Source: Candidatus Enterousia sp.
GTDB taxonomy: Bacteria > Pseudomonadota > Alphaproteobacteria > Rs-D84
Direction of reading: 5' to 3'
Assembly: GCA_045539815.1 (NCBI GenBank)
Contig: JAZQGC010000002.1
Span: 11,794-75,793, forward strand
DNA length: 64,000 nucleotides
The notes beneath the pieces are model-generated. The model saw nothing but the letters and a program-made list of their open reading frames with translations. It was not told the origin of the DNA and made no database searches. Position numbers and translations under genes: made by a program. This document shows positions 47,501 through 55,877 of this stretch, piece by piece (position 1 is the first letter of the stretch; every line of letters begins with the position of its first letter).

Positions 47501-47711
47501 ATATTATGTATACAGGTGCGCCAATGAAAACAAGCACAGCGATGTTTGAATTGTTGCGCATACGAATATAAAATTTTTTTAATTTTTATATCGTATAAAA
47601 CCAAGGCATCATGTACATATATTATGTATACAGGTGCGCCAATGAAAACAAGCGCAGCGACGTTTGAATTGTTGCGCATACGAATATAAAAATTTTAATT
47701 TTTATATCGTA
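47501..47711. repeat. two tandem ~95 bp direct repeats (47501-47595 and 47619-47711) in a ~660 bp non-coding region
   Basis: The copies differ by two substitutions and a short A/T indel. The first 12 nt (ATATTATGTATA) recur inverted at 47715-47726. Confidence 0.85.
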
Positions 47712-47822
47712 AAGTATACATAATATACATTATGCGCCTTTTATATTTTACTGCCCCGCCATATAAATACAGGCGGATAAACCGCCTGCAAAAATATTAA
47801 ATTCATTTATCAAAATCACCAA

Positions 47823-48395
47823 TTAACGCTTTGTTATTTTTTTGATTTTTTTCAATGAATCTGTCGCAACATTTGTTGCCACTTTTTTCAAACCCTTTAA
47901 AGATTTTTTCAAATCACTGTCTTCGACAGATCCTGTCTCAACGGCTTCTACATCCGAACAACAAAACGGACATTTTGTCGCCGCATTATTAATTGTAGAC
48001 TTACAATATGGGCACGCATGCGTATTAGCAGGTTTTTTATCACGCATTTTATTCATGGTGCGAACAAACAAGAATATCGCAAACATTGTGATAAAGAAAC
48101 TGACCACAGAATTCAAAAACACGCCTAAATTCAATGTTGTTGCACCTGCTGCCTGGGCCTGGGCAATTGTTTCATAAACAGCCCCTGCTTCACCGCCACC
48201 CAACACAAAGAACCACTGCGAAAAATCCACACCACCAATCAACAACCCAATCGGTGGCATAATAACATCTTTTACCAACGAATTCACAACACCGGTCATC
48301 ACACTACCAACAATGATACCGACAGCCATATCTATTGCATTTCCACGTTGAACAAAAGTACTAAATTCTTTAAATATATTATTCTTTTTTGCCAT
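47823..48395 (-). CDS. mscL: large-conductance mechanosensitive channel MscL with a C-terminal zinc-ribbon extension
   Basis: FVQRGNAIDMAVGIIVG and MPPIGLLIGGVDFS are MscL signatures. It carries an extra CPYCKSTINNAATKCPFCC followed by a Lys-rich tail. Confidence 0.85.
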   Translation of the reverse strand: MAKKNNIFKEFSTFVQRGNAIDMAVGIIVGSVMTGVVNSLVKDVIMPPIGLLIGGVDFSQWFFVLGGGEAGAVYETIAQAQAAGATTLNLGVFLNSVVSFFITMFAIFLFVRTMNKMRDKKPANTHACPYCKSTINNAATKCPFCCSDVEAVETGSVEDSDLKKSLKGLKKVATNVATDSLKKIKKITKR

Positions 48396-48411
48396 TTTTT
48401 ACTCCTTTGTA

Positions 48412-48960
48412 TTATTTATTAGAATAATCTTCTATTGCACGCAACACCTTACCCAATGTTTTGCGCAAACTTTCATCATTTGTCTCTACCGTAATATCTG
48501 CCATTGCATAAACAGAATATCGTTCTTTTATCAATTGCGCCAAAATTTCACGACTGTTTGTATTCAACAACTGTGGACGCGTATCGCGTGCACCAGTACG
48601 CCTTACCAACAAATCCAAATCCGCACGCAACCACACAGACAACGCACGCTCTAAAACCATTTCGCGTATCGCGGGCGTAATAAAAGCCCCCTCGCCCGTG
48701 GAAATAACTTTCAGCGCAGGCGGCGTATCCAACAAACGTTCAATAACACGCTTTTCAACGCGTCTAAATTCTTCTTCGCCATACATTGAAAAAATATCAA
48801 CAACACTGCAACCAGCCGCCGCTTCTATTTCCTTGTCTGAATCCACAAACGGTATCCCCAAGCGTCGCGCCAACGCACGCCCAACACTGGTCTTCCCTGC
48901 CCCCATCAAACCAACCATAACGACAGGTCTGTCAATAAAATCCTCGCGTTCTTTACTCAT
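48412..48960 (-). CDS. aroK: shikimate kinase
   Basis: GLMGAGKTSVGRALARRLGIPFVDSD. Start chosen at MSKERED. Confidence 0.9.
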   Translation of the reverse strand: MSKEREDFIDRPVVMVGLMGAGKTSVGRALARRLGIPFVDSDKEIEAAAGCSVVDIFSMYGEEEFRRVEKRVIERLLDTPPALKVISTGEGAFITPAIREMVLERALSVWLRADLDLLVRRTGARDTRPQLLNTNSREILAQLIKERYSVYAMADITVETNDESLRKTLGKVLRAIEDYSNK

Positions 48961-49084
48961 AACAAATATCATTTTACCAAAAACACCTGTTTTTTACAAT
49001 AAAAATCACACAAGAACTTCTAAAACAGCCCATTTTATGTTATAATATCATCAGAAAACGTTCATAGAGAGAGAGGACAAAAAC

Positions 49085-50149
49085 ATGAAAAAAGTACTTT
49101 CATACACAACCTGCGCCCTGCTGCTTACCGGTATTACCAACACAACCAACGCCACACCGGCGGCAACATACGCAAACAACATTACCACAAACAATATCAG
49201 CGCCCTGCAACACACAATCGTAAACACCGCATTTAACAATCTGCACGGGAACAAAACAACAAATACCACAACCACAAAGAACAACAATTCCCATGACATA
49301 TACGGTCGCGCACCAATGTACGGCACAATGTCCCAATACGGCGAATACAACGACGACGGACGCAGTGGCGGCGACAAAAGCAACGCCGCACTGAACAACA
49401 TACAATTCACATGGCAACACAACGCAGACCGCGTAAAATTTAACGAATTCGCACCACTTGATACCGACTCTGACCTGATACTTGTCAATCTGATTGGGAA
49501 CGAGTATAATATCGGCACAGTAAAAAACACATGGGGAATATACACTGGTTACATTGGCACAACCCAAGAAAACAATCAAATAAACATTGACGAACAAGGC
49601 GGATATTTTGGACTTGCAAACAATTTCAATATACAAAAATTAAACATAAAAACAACAATTAACGCCGGCGCATTGGACAATTCGGTCGACACCACAAACG
49701 GCACAGACGATTATACAAACTTTTGGATTGGCGCCGCCACCAGAATATCATACGATATAAAACTGGACCCTTCATTAATCCTGCGCCCAGAAATATACGC
49801 AGGATACACATGGATTAAATCAGACGACTACACATCCGCATCGGGCCAATTCATAAACAACAGCAATACAAATTCTTTTGAAATAACCCCAGCCATCAAT
49901 ATCACAAAACATGTTGGCAATAATTGGTATTGGACATTGAACACAAAATATATAATCATTACCAACAACGACAAAAACATAATCGTAAACAATACAAAGT
50001 TAAAAGAATTAGATATTGGAAACTTTTTTGAATATGGTTTAACCATAAACAAACAGTTTGATAATACAGATTTTTCCATCAATATCGGCCGACACGACGG
50101 CGACAGATATGGTTGGTTTGGCGGATTAAATATGCGCTATATATTCTAA
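49085..50149 (+). CDS. outer-membrane beta-barrel protein (autotransporter beta-domain-like, minimal passenger)
   Basis: Signal peptide ...TNTTNA, alternating beta-strand pattern, and a C-terminal ...GGLNMRYIF with terminal Phe. Confidence 0.6.
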   Translation: MKKVLSYTTCALLLTGITNTTNATPAATYANNITTNNISALQHTIVNTAFNNLHGNKTTNTTTTKNNNSHDIYGRAPMYGTMSQYGEYNDDGRSGGDKSNAALNNIQFTWQHNADRVKFNEFAPLDTDSDLILVNLIGNEYNIGTVKNTWGIYTGYIGTTQENNQINIDEQGGYFGLANNFNIQKLNIKTTINAGALDNSVDTTNGTDDYTNFWIGAATRISYDIKLDPSLILRPEIYAGYTWIKSDDYTSASGQFINNSNTNSFEITPAINITKHVGNNWYWTLNTKYIIITNNDKNIIVNNTKLKELDIGNFFEYGLTINKQFDNTDFSINIGRHDGDRYGWFGGLNMRYIF

Positions 50150-50180
50150 AAAAACACCCGCCAAATGGCGGGATTTTTTT
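50150..50180. terminator. bidirectional terminator
   Basis: A-run, CCCGCCaaatGGCGGG, then T7. Confidence 0.75.
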
Positions 50181-51243
50181 AATCCATATTTGCCAACTGT
50201 TCTAATTGATCCGCCGCAATCAAGGCATCTATCATTTCATCCAATCCTGCACCACCGGCCAAAATATCATCCAGTTTATACAATGTCAGTTTAATACGAT
50301 GATCTGTCACGCGTTGTTCTGGAAAATTATATGTACGTATTTTTTCACTACGATCCCCAGAACCAACCATAGATTGACGTGACGCATTACTTGCATTTTC
50401 TTGTTCCATACGCTGTTTTTCATACAGTTTTGAGCGCAATACAGACATTGCCGCAATTTTATTCTGCAATTGACTACGTTCATTTTGACACGTAACAACA
50501 ATTCCTGTCGGGAAATGAGTAATACGTATTGCACTATCCGTTTTATTAACGTGCTGACCGCCTGCACCAGACGCACGAAATATATCTATACGAATATCTT
50601 TATCCTCAATAACAACGTCAATTTCTTTTGCTTCTGGCATAACCGCAACAGATGCCGCACTGGTATGAATACGTCCACCCGCTTCGGTTTCGGGTACGCG
50701 CTGAACACGATGAATCCCAGATTCAAACTTCATACGACCATACGCGCCCGCACCATCTATCTTAAAGACTATTTCTTTATACCCACGCAAAGAAGTCGCA
50801 TTTTCTTCGATAACTTCTACTTTCCAGCCTTGGCGCAACGCATAAGATTTATATTGATTATACAAATCGCCTGCAAATAGCGCAGATTCTTCACCACCAA
50901 CGCCGGCACGAATTTCCATAATAACACTATTATCATCTGCATCATCACGCGGCAACAATGCGATTTGCAAACTCTTTTCAATATCGGGCAACCTATGATT
51001 TAGCTCGTGCAATTGTTCTGTTGCAATATCACGCAAATCCGCATCATGCAACATCTCCTTTGCATCATTAATACCGGCAACAACCTGGAAATATTCGCTT
51101 ATCAACGGCAAAATCTCATTAAGACGCGAATATTCCTTGGATATTTTTGCCAACTCATCACCAGACAGATCGCCTGTATTCATTTTGTTTTCAATTTCTG
51201 ACGCCCTGTTTTGAATATCTTTTAACTTCTGTTCAATAATCAT
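50179..51243 (-). CDS. prfA: peptide chain release factor 1
   Basis: GGQ motif SGAGGQHVNKTDSAIRITH and RF1-type PxT (VPETE). Confidence 0.95.
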   Translation of the reverse strand: MIIEQKLKDIQNRASEIENKMNTGDLSGDELAKISKEYSRLNEILPLISEYFQVVAGINDAKEMLHDADLRDIATEQLHELNHRLPDIEKSLQIALLPRDDADDNSVIMEIRAGVGGEESALFAGDLYNQYKSYALRQGWKVEVIEENATSLRGYKEIVFKIDGAGAYGRMKFESGIHRVQRVPETEAGGRIHTSAASVAVMPEAKEIDVVIEDKDIRIDIFRASGAGGQHVNKTDSAIRITHFPTGIVVTCQNERSQLQNKIAAMSVLRSKLYEKQRMEQENASNASRQSMVGSGDRSEKIRTYNFPEQRVTDHRIKLTLYKLDDILAGGAGLDEMIDALIAADQLEQLANMD

Positions 51244-52538
51244 TATATGTCACCCTTCAAGATTTTTATCGCATCAGACAAAACAACAGTTTGTTGAACA
51301 CCCGTCTGCATATTTTTAATTGACACAAGTTGATTTTTTACTTCATCTTCACCAATTATTATACTGTATTTAGCTTTTATTTTATCTGCATACTCAATTT
51401 GATTTTTAAATTTCTTGTCTGCATCTAAATACGCCACGGACGAAATATTCGCATCACGCAACGAATTCAAAACAGACATCGCATAGACTGTATTTTCCTG
51501 TCCCATAACCAAAACAGACGCTTCTATTGGTGATTCAAATTGGCTTAAATCTATTTTGCCCTCGTCCATTAATGCGACCAACAATCTGGACACACCAACC
51601 GCAGCACCAACACCAATTATTTTAGTCTTTGAAAATTTAGCAGTCAAATTATCATATCTGCCACCGCCACCAACGGCACCCAATTCAGGGAATTTTTCCA
51701 AAAAGAATTCAAAAACAACACCTGTATAATACGCATGACCACGCATAATCCCCAAATCAATTTGCGCATTTTTTATTCCCATCGCGTCCAGCAATTCCAT
51801 AAATTTATCCAATTCTGAAATCGCCAAATCCAAGTTATCGCTTTTTCCAACAAACGAACGATAACCATTTGTAAATACTTGATTGATTATTTCTGCTGAC
51901 TGCGTACTGATTTCTGTACTTAACGCATCAAAAAAGTCTTTTAATTTATCCTTTTTATCTATCAACACAAACGCATTTCTGCGTTGTGCATCATCCAAAT
52001 TCAAAAAGTCAAACATCGCATTCCAAAACTTGCGATTACCAACACGCACATATGTTGGACCAATAAACTCAGATACAGATTCATAGACCCGCGACAAAGT
52101 CGCAACAATTTCCGCATCATAATTTACAGACAACGAATTAATACCCATAATATCCAAATCCATTTGATAGAATTCACGATATCTGCCACGTTGTGGTCGT
52201 TCACCACGATAATTACGCGCGAATTGATACGCCCTGAACGGAAAAGCCAAATCATTTATATTACCCGCAACATATCTGGCCAATCCGACCGTACCATCAT
52301 AACGCAAGCCCATTTTTGTATCACCCTTTTGAAACAAAAACATTTGCGTTTCAATTTCATCCCAGTTATCTTTGTCTGTCAAAACTTCTGCACGTTCAAT
52401 CGCAGGCAAATCCAAACGCGAGAAACCAGCCATACGCAAAACATTCTGCATACGCCCCACGCACAGGTCAAAACAACGTTGCTGTACAGGTGTTAATTCT
52501 ATAAATCCCGATAATGGTTTTGTTGGTTTTAAATCCAT
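51243..52538 (-). CDS. hisS: histidyl-tRNA synthetase (alphaproteobacterial atypical type)
   Basis: LRYDGTVGLARY, motif 2 FARNYRGERPQRGRYREFYQMD, motif 3 GGGRYDNL, and a C-terminal anticodon-binding domain. Confidence 0.85.
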   Translation of the reverse strand: MDLKPTKPLSGFIELTPVQQRCFDLCVGRMQNVLRMAGFSRLDLPAIERAEVLTDKDNWDEIETQMFLFQKGDTKMGLRYDGTVGLARYVAGNINDLAFPFRAYQFARNYRGERPQRGRYREFYQMDLDIMGINSLSVNYDAEIVATLSRVYESVSEFIGPTYVRVGNRKFWNAMFDFLNLDDAQRRNAFVLIDKKDKLKDFFDALSTEISTQSAEIINQVFTNGYRSFVGKSDNLDLAISELDKFMELLDAMGIKNAQIDLGIMRGHAYYTGVVFEFFLEKFPELGAVGGGGRYDNLTAKFSKTKIIGVGAAVGVSRLLVALMDEGKIDLSQFESPIEASVLVMGQENTVYAMSVLNSLRDANISSVAYLDADKKFKNQIEYADKIKAKYSIIIGEDEVKNQLVSIKNMQTGVQQTVVLSDAIKILKGDI

Positions 52539-52876
52539 TTTTTATTCCTATGGTTTTAAACAAGAAACTTTTCGACACTATATTGTGCCGATATTATATC
52601 ATAAAAATAATCAATATGCTAATATCCACCCAAACGGGCGTGATGAAAAACGCAAAAAACACAAAAACTATCAGTCATTACGCCTAGTCTAGAACAAAAA
52701 ATCGGGATTTCAAGATTTTTTTAACATCAGGCGGGGCGTCGTTTGCCTGCACACAAATGACGAAAGAAAAGATTCTTGCTTTTTAACATCTGTATCGGCA
52801 CTATTTGACGCCCCATAAACTACATACACATAATACATAAACAGCTAAAAAAATTCCACAGGGACGTTTTCCTGAT

Positions 52877-53575
52877 TTAAAAATACCGATGAAGTTGCCC
52901 ACCATTTACCGCCAACCAACGTTTTGCACGTTCGACACCAAACCCATACAATTCGCGTACAGTTGCCCAGAATTCTGGCGAATGATCCATATGCTTTACA
53001 TGCGCCAATTCATGCATAACAACATATCGCATTACATCAGCCGGCGCAAAGGCCAAGCGCCACGAAAAAGACATTGTACCAGAACTGGAACAACTGCCCC
53101 AACGCGAAACAGTATCACGGATTGCAATTTTTTTTGGCCAAAACTCGCACGGCGCACTTTTTATTATATTTTTTACTTCTTTCAGAAATTCTGCCTTAAC
53201 AAAATCACGCACACGCCTTTCAAACATATCTGCGCCACCACCAACAACCAAAATCCCATCATCTGTAAAAACATCAGAACGCGCACCAGGATTATGCTGC
53301 AACACAATACAACGCCCAAAAATCTCTAACACATCACCGGCTTTGACCGTTGTTTTTACAGGCGCCTGTTTAAAAATATTTTCTATCCAACGCTGTTTTG
53401 ATTCCAAAAATTTTATTGCACCAGAAGCAGACACTAACCAAGGTTTCGAAATAACAATTTCAGGTTTTGGAACAAATTTTGGTCGCAGCGTAATATTTCG
53501 CAAACCGCGTCTGGTATTTATTACAACAGGAATCTCTTGACCTGACGATAACACAAACACATAATCCGCCATCAT
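52877..53575 (-). CDS. YgjP/DUF45 (M48-like) zinc metallohydrolase
   Basis: HELAHVKHMDHSPEFW (HExxH...H). Confidence 0.75.
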   Translation of the reverse strand: MMADYVFVLSSGQEIPVVINTRRGLRNITLRPKFVPKPEIVISKPWLVSASGAIKFLESKQRWIENIFKQAPVKTTVKAGDVLEIFGRCIVLQHNPGARSDVFTDDGILVVGGGADMFERRVRDFVKAEFLKEVKNIIKSAPCEFWPKKIAIRDTVSRWGSCSSSGTMSFSWRLAFAPADVMRYVVMHELAHVKHMDHSPEFWATVRELYGFGVERAKRWLAVNGGQLHRYF

Positions 53576-53599
53576 CGCTTCACTTAGTTTTAAATTACA

Positions 53600-55381
53600 C
53601 TACTTTAATTTTGCCTTTATATCACATACAATTGTATCCGCGTCAAATCCCATTTCCGAATAAACAACATCCCCCGGACCAGACACGCCAAATCGATCGA
53701 TACCAACAACCGCATCTGCAAATTCAAACCATGGTGCAGACGCAGACGCTTCGATTGCCACAACAAATCCACGCAATATTTTTTGCTTAAACCCATCGTC
53801 CTGCATTCGAAAATCAGCAACAGACAGCATTGAAACAACCTGCACACCCTTGCCCAGTTTTTTTGCGACCTGTATCGCCAATGGCACTTCTGTCCCTGTT
53901 GCAATAATTGTTGCGCGAACGCGTTTATATTGCGCCCCATAAATAATATATGCGCCACGCGACAAATCAGTATTTTCTGGGGTCTGAACCATTTCTATTT
54001 TTTGCCGTGACAATATAATCGCCGACGGACGCGCACTTTCGCCCAACGCGGTTTGCCAGGCATAGGCCAATTCATCTGCGTTACACGGGCGAAAAACATT
54101 TAAATTTGGCATTAAACGCAATGCGGGCAATTGTTCTATTGGTTGATGTGTTGGACCATCTTCACCGACCGCAACACTATCGTGCGTAAAGACATATACC
54201 ACGGGCAAACCAGATAACGCAGACAAACGAATCGCGGGACGCATATAATCACTGAACACCAGAAAAGTTGACCCAAAAACCCGCATTCCCATTGCGGCCA
54301 TACCGTTCATGATTGCGGCCATTGCATGTTCGCGCACACCATAATTAATATAATTACCTGTAAAATCATTTGCCTGAATTTCACGCACGCCATTAATTTT
54401 TACATTTGTACTGCCACCTAAATCGGCACTGCCGCCAATAACATCAACCCCCGCATCTGATAACAATTGCAAATAATACCCTGACAATTCGCGTGTTGAT
54501 ATATTCGTCTTGTTCACAACAAAATCCAATTTTGGTAATTTTGCCGCTGTTCGAACTGACACAACATCAGCCATCCCAGACGCAACACCGCCCCACAAAC
54601 GTTCGCCTGCGACAGACATGTTTTTTTGAATCAAACCCATTAATTCCGAATCGCCCAGCCCAAAACCATGAACCCGATTCGACCCAGCCAGGCTGGATCC
54701 GGCACCAATAACTGTCTTACATTGTATAAATACGGGCTTATCTTGCTTTTGCGCCCGTTGCAACGCACGATTTAACGCCACAAAATCATCACCATTGACA
54801 CCAAACACTGACCAACCAGCGGCACTCATTCGTGCACACATATCAATATCCGTCTGTGCAACGCCATCGATACTGACACCATTATCCGCCCATAACAAGA
54901 CCATATTATTTAATTTATATCTTCCTGCAAATGCAATTGATTCTTGGGCGACACCTTCCATCAAATCACCATCTGAACACAGGCAATACACACGTGCATC
55001 TGTTTTGTTTATTTTTTCCGCCAACGCCATACCAACTGCGTTACCAACACCCTGCCCCAACGGCCCAGTCGTTGCATCAACCCCATCAATTCCATACTCA
55101 GGATGTCCTGGCAAACCACCAAACTTACGAAATTCCGCCAAATCCCCAACTTCATACCCAGATAATTTTAACACAGAATATAACAACGCACTGCCATGCC
55201 CCGCGGACAAGACAAACCTGTCGCGTCCACGACGTAAAAAATTAGCAAACACGCACGTAATAATATCTGCCGCCCCCAAGACAATTCCGACATGTCCGCT
55301 GCCCGCCATACGAACCGCATACAACGCCCACGCGCGTACTGCATTTGCCATTTCTTTTAAATCTTTGGAATTATAGCTCAT
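53600..55381 (-). CDS. tkt: transketolase (compact, 593 aa)
   Basis: GSGHVG, GHGSALLYS and GPLGQGVGNAVGMA motifs, with TPP- and pyrimidine-binding domains. Confidence 0.9.
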   Translation of the reverse strand: MSYNSKDLKEMANAVRAWALYAVRMAGSGHVGIVLGAADIITCVFANFLRRGRDRFVLSAGHGSALLYSVLKLSGYEVGDLAEFRKFGGLPGHPEYGIDGVDATTGPLGQGVGNAVGMALAEKINKTDARVYCLCSDGDLMEGVAQESIAFAGRYKLNNMVLLWADNGVSIDGVAQTDIDMCARMSAAGWSVFGVNGDDFVALNRALQRAQKQDKPVFIQCKTVIGAGSSLAGSNRVHGFGLGDSELMGLIQKNMSVAGERLWGGVASGMADVVSVRTAAKLPKLDFVVNKTNISTRELSGYYLQLLSDAGVDVIGGSADLGGSTNVKINGVREIQANDFTGNYINYGVREHAMAAIMNGMAAMGMRVFGSTFLVFSDYMRPAIRLSALSGLPVVYVFTHDSVAVGEDGPTHQPIEQLPALRLMPNLNVFRPCNADELAYAWQTALGESARPSAIILSRQKIEMVQTPENTDLSRGAYIIYGAQYKRVRATIIATGTEVPLAIQVAKKLGKGVQVVSMLSVADFRMQDDGFKQKILRGFVVAIEASASAPWFEFADAVVGIDRFGVSGPGDVVYSEMGFDADTIVCDIKAKLK

Positions 55382-55417
55382 GTATGATATTATATCATAA
55401 AAAAGGACGAATATAAA

Positions 55418-55846
55418 ATGTTAAAAATTTGGACTGACGGCAGCTGTTTGGGCAACCCAGGACCAGGTGGTTGGGGTTTTGTTGCAACAGATGGTAAAAA
55501 TACTGCTGAACGCAGTGGCGGAGAATCGAACACAACAAATAATCGCATGGAATTAATGGCTGTCATTCGTGCATTAAGTGCGGCGAAGAATCACGACGAA
55601 CTTGAAATTCATACGGACAGCCAGTATGTCAAAAACGGCATGCAATCTTGGTTACCAACATGGAAGCGTAATAATTGGCGTACATCGACGAAAAAGCCGG
55701 TAAAAAATCAAGACCTGTGGATGCAATTAGATGAACTGGCATCACAGAAAAAAATACACTGGTTTTGGGTACGCGGACACAATGGTGACGAAATGAACGA
55801 ACGTGTTGACAACCTGGCCCGAACCGCCGCCGAAGGCATAAAATAA
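55418..55846 (+). CDS. rnhA: ribonuclease HI
   Basis: TDGSCLGNPGPGGWG, TNNRMEL and TDSQYV motifs. Confidence 0.95.
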   Translation: MLKIWTDGSCLGNPGPGGWGFVATDGKNTAERSGGESNTTNNRMELMAVIRALSAAKNHDELEIHTDSQYVKNGMQSWLPTWKRNNWRTSTKKPVKNQDLWMQLDELASQKKIHWFWVRGHNGDEMNERVDNLARTAAEGIK

Positions 55847-55872
55847 AAAAATCCCCAAACGGGGATTTTTTT
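55847..55872. terminator. bidirectional terminator
   Basis: A-run, ATCCCCaaacGGGGAT, then T-run. Confidence 0.75.
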
Positions 55873-55877
55873 ACACA

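Noticed and set aside
47383-47679. 98-aa minus-strand ORF in the 47.2-47.8 kb intergenic region
   Set aside because: Its sequence is internally duplicated because it is read straight through the two ~95-bp tandem DNA repeats. It has no SD and an odd composition, so it is most likely an artefact of the repeat.
47501-47711. Possible CRISPR array
   Set aside because: There are only two copies of about 95 bp separated by 23 bp. The units are far longer than CRISPR repeats, there is no spacer structure, and no cas genes lie in the window.
49051-49636. 164-178 aa minus-strand ORFs overlapping the 5' half of the OMP gene
   Set aside because: They are the Val/Cys-rich reverse-frame translation of an Asn/Thr-rich gene. 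The plus-strand ORF has a signal peptide and a C-terminal Phe OMP signature.
52733-52814. Long-range inverted repeat GGGGCGTC (52733-40) ... GACGCCCC (52807-14) in the 340-bp hisS upstream region; considered as SRP/6S/other ncRNA
   Set aside because: I saw no SRP domain IV motif, no tmRNA or RNase P signatures, and no clear promoter or terminator. It could simply be the terminator or UTR structure of the upstream DUF45 gene. This is not supportable without Rfam or RNA-seq.
54795-55376. 193-aa plus-strand ORF inside tkt
   Set aside because: It is antisense to transketolase and gives a Pro/Ser/Thr-rich shadow translation.
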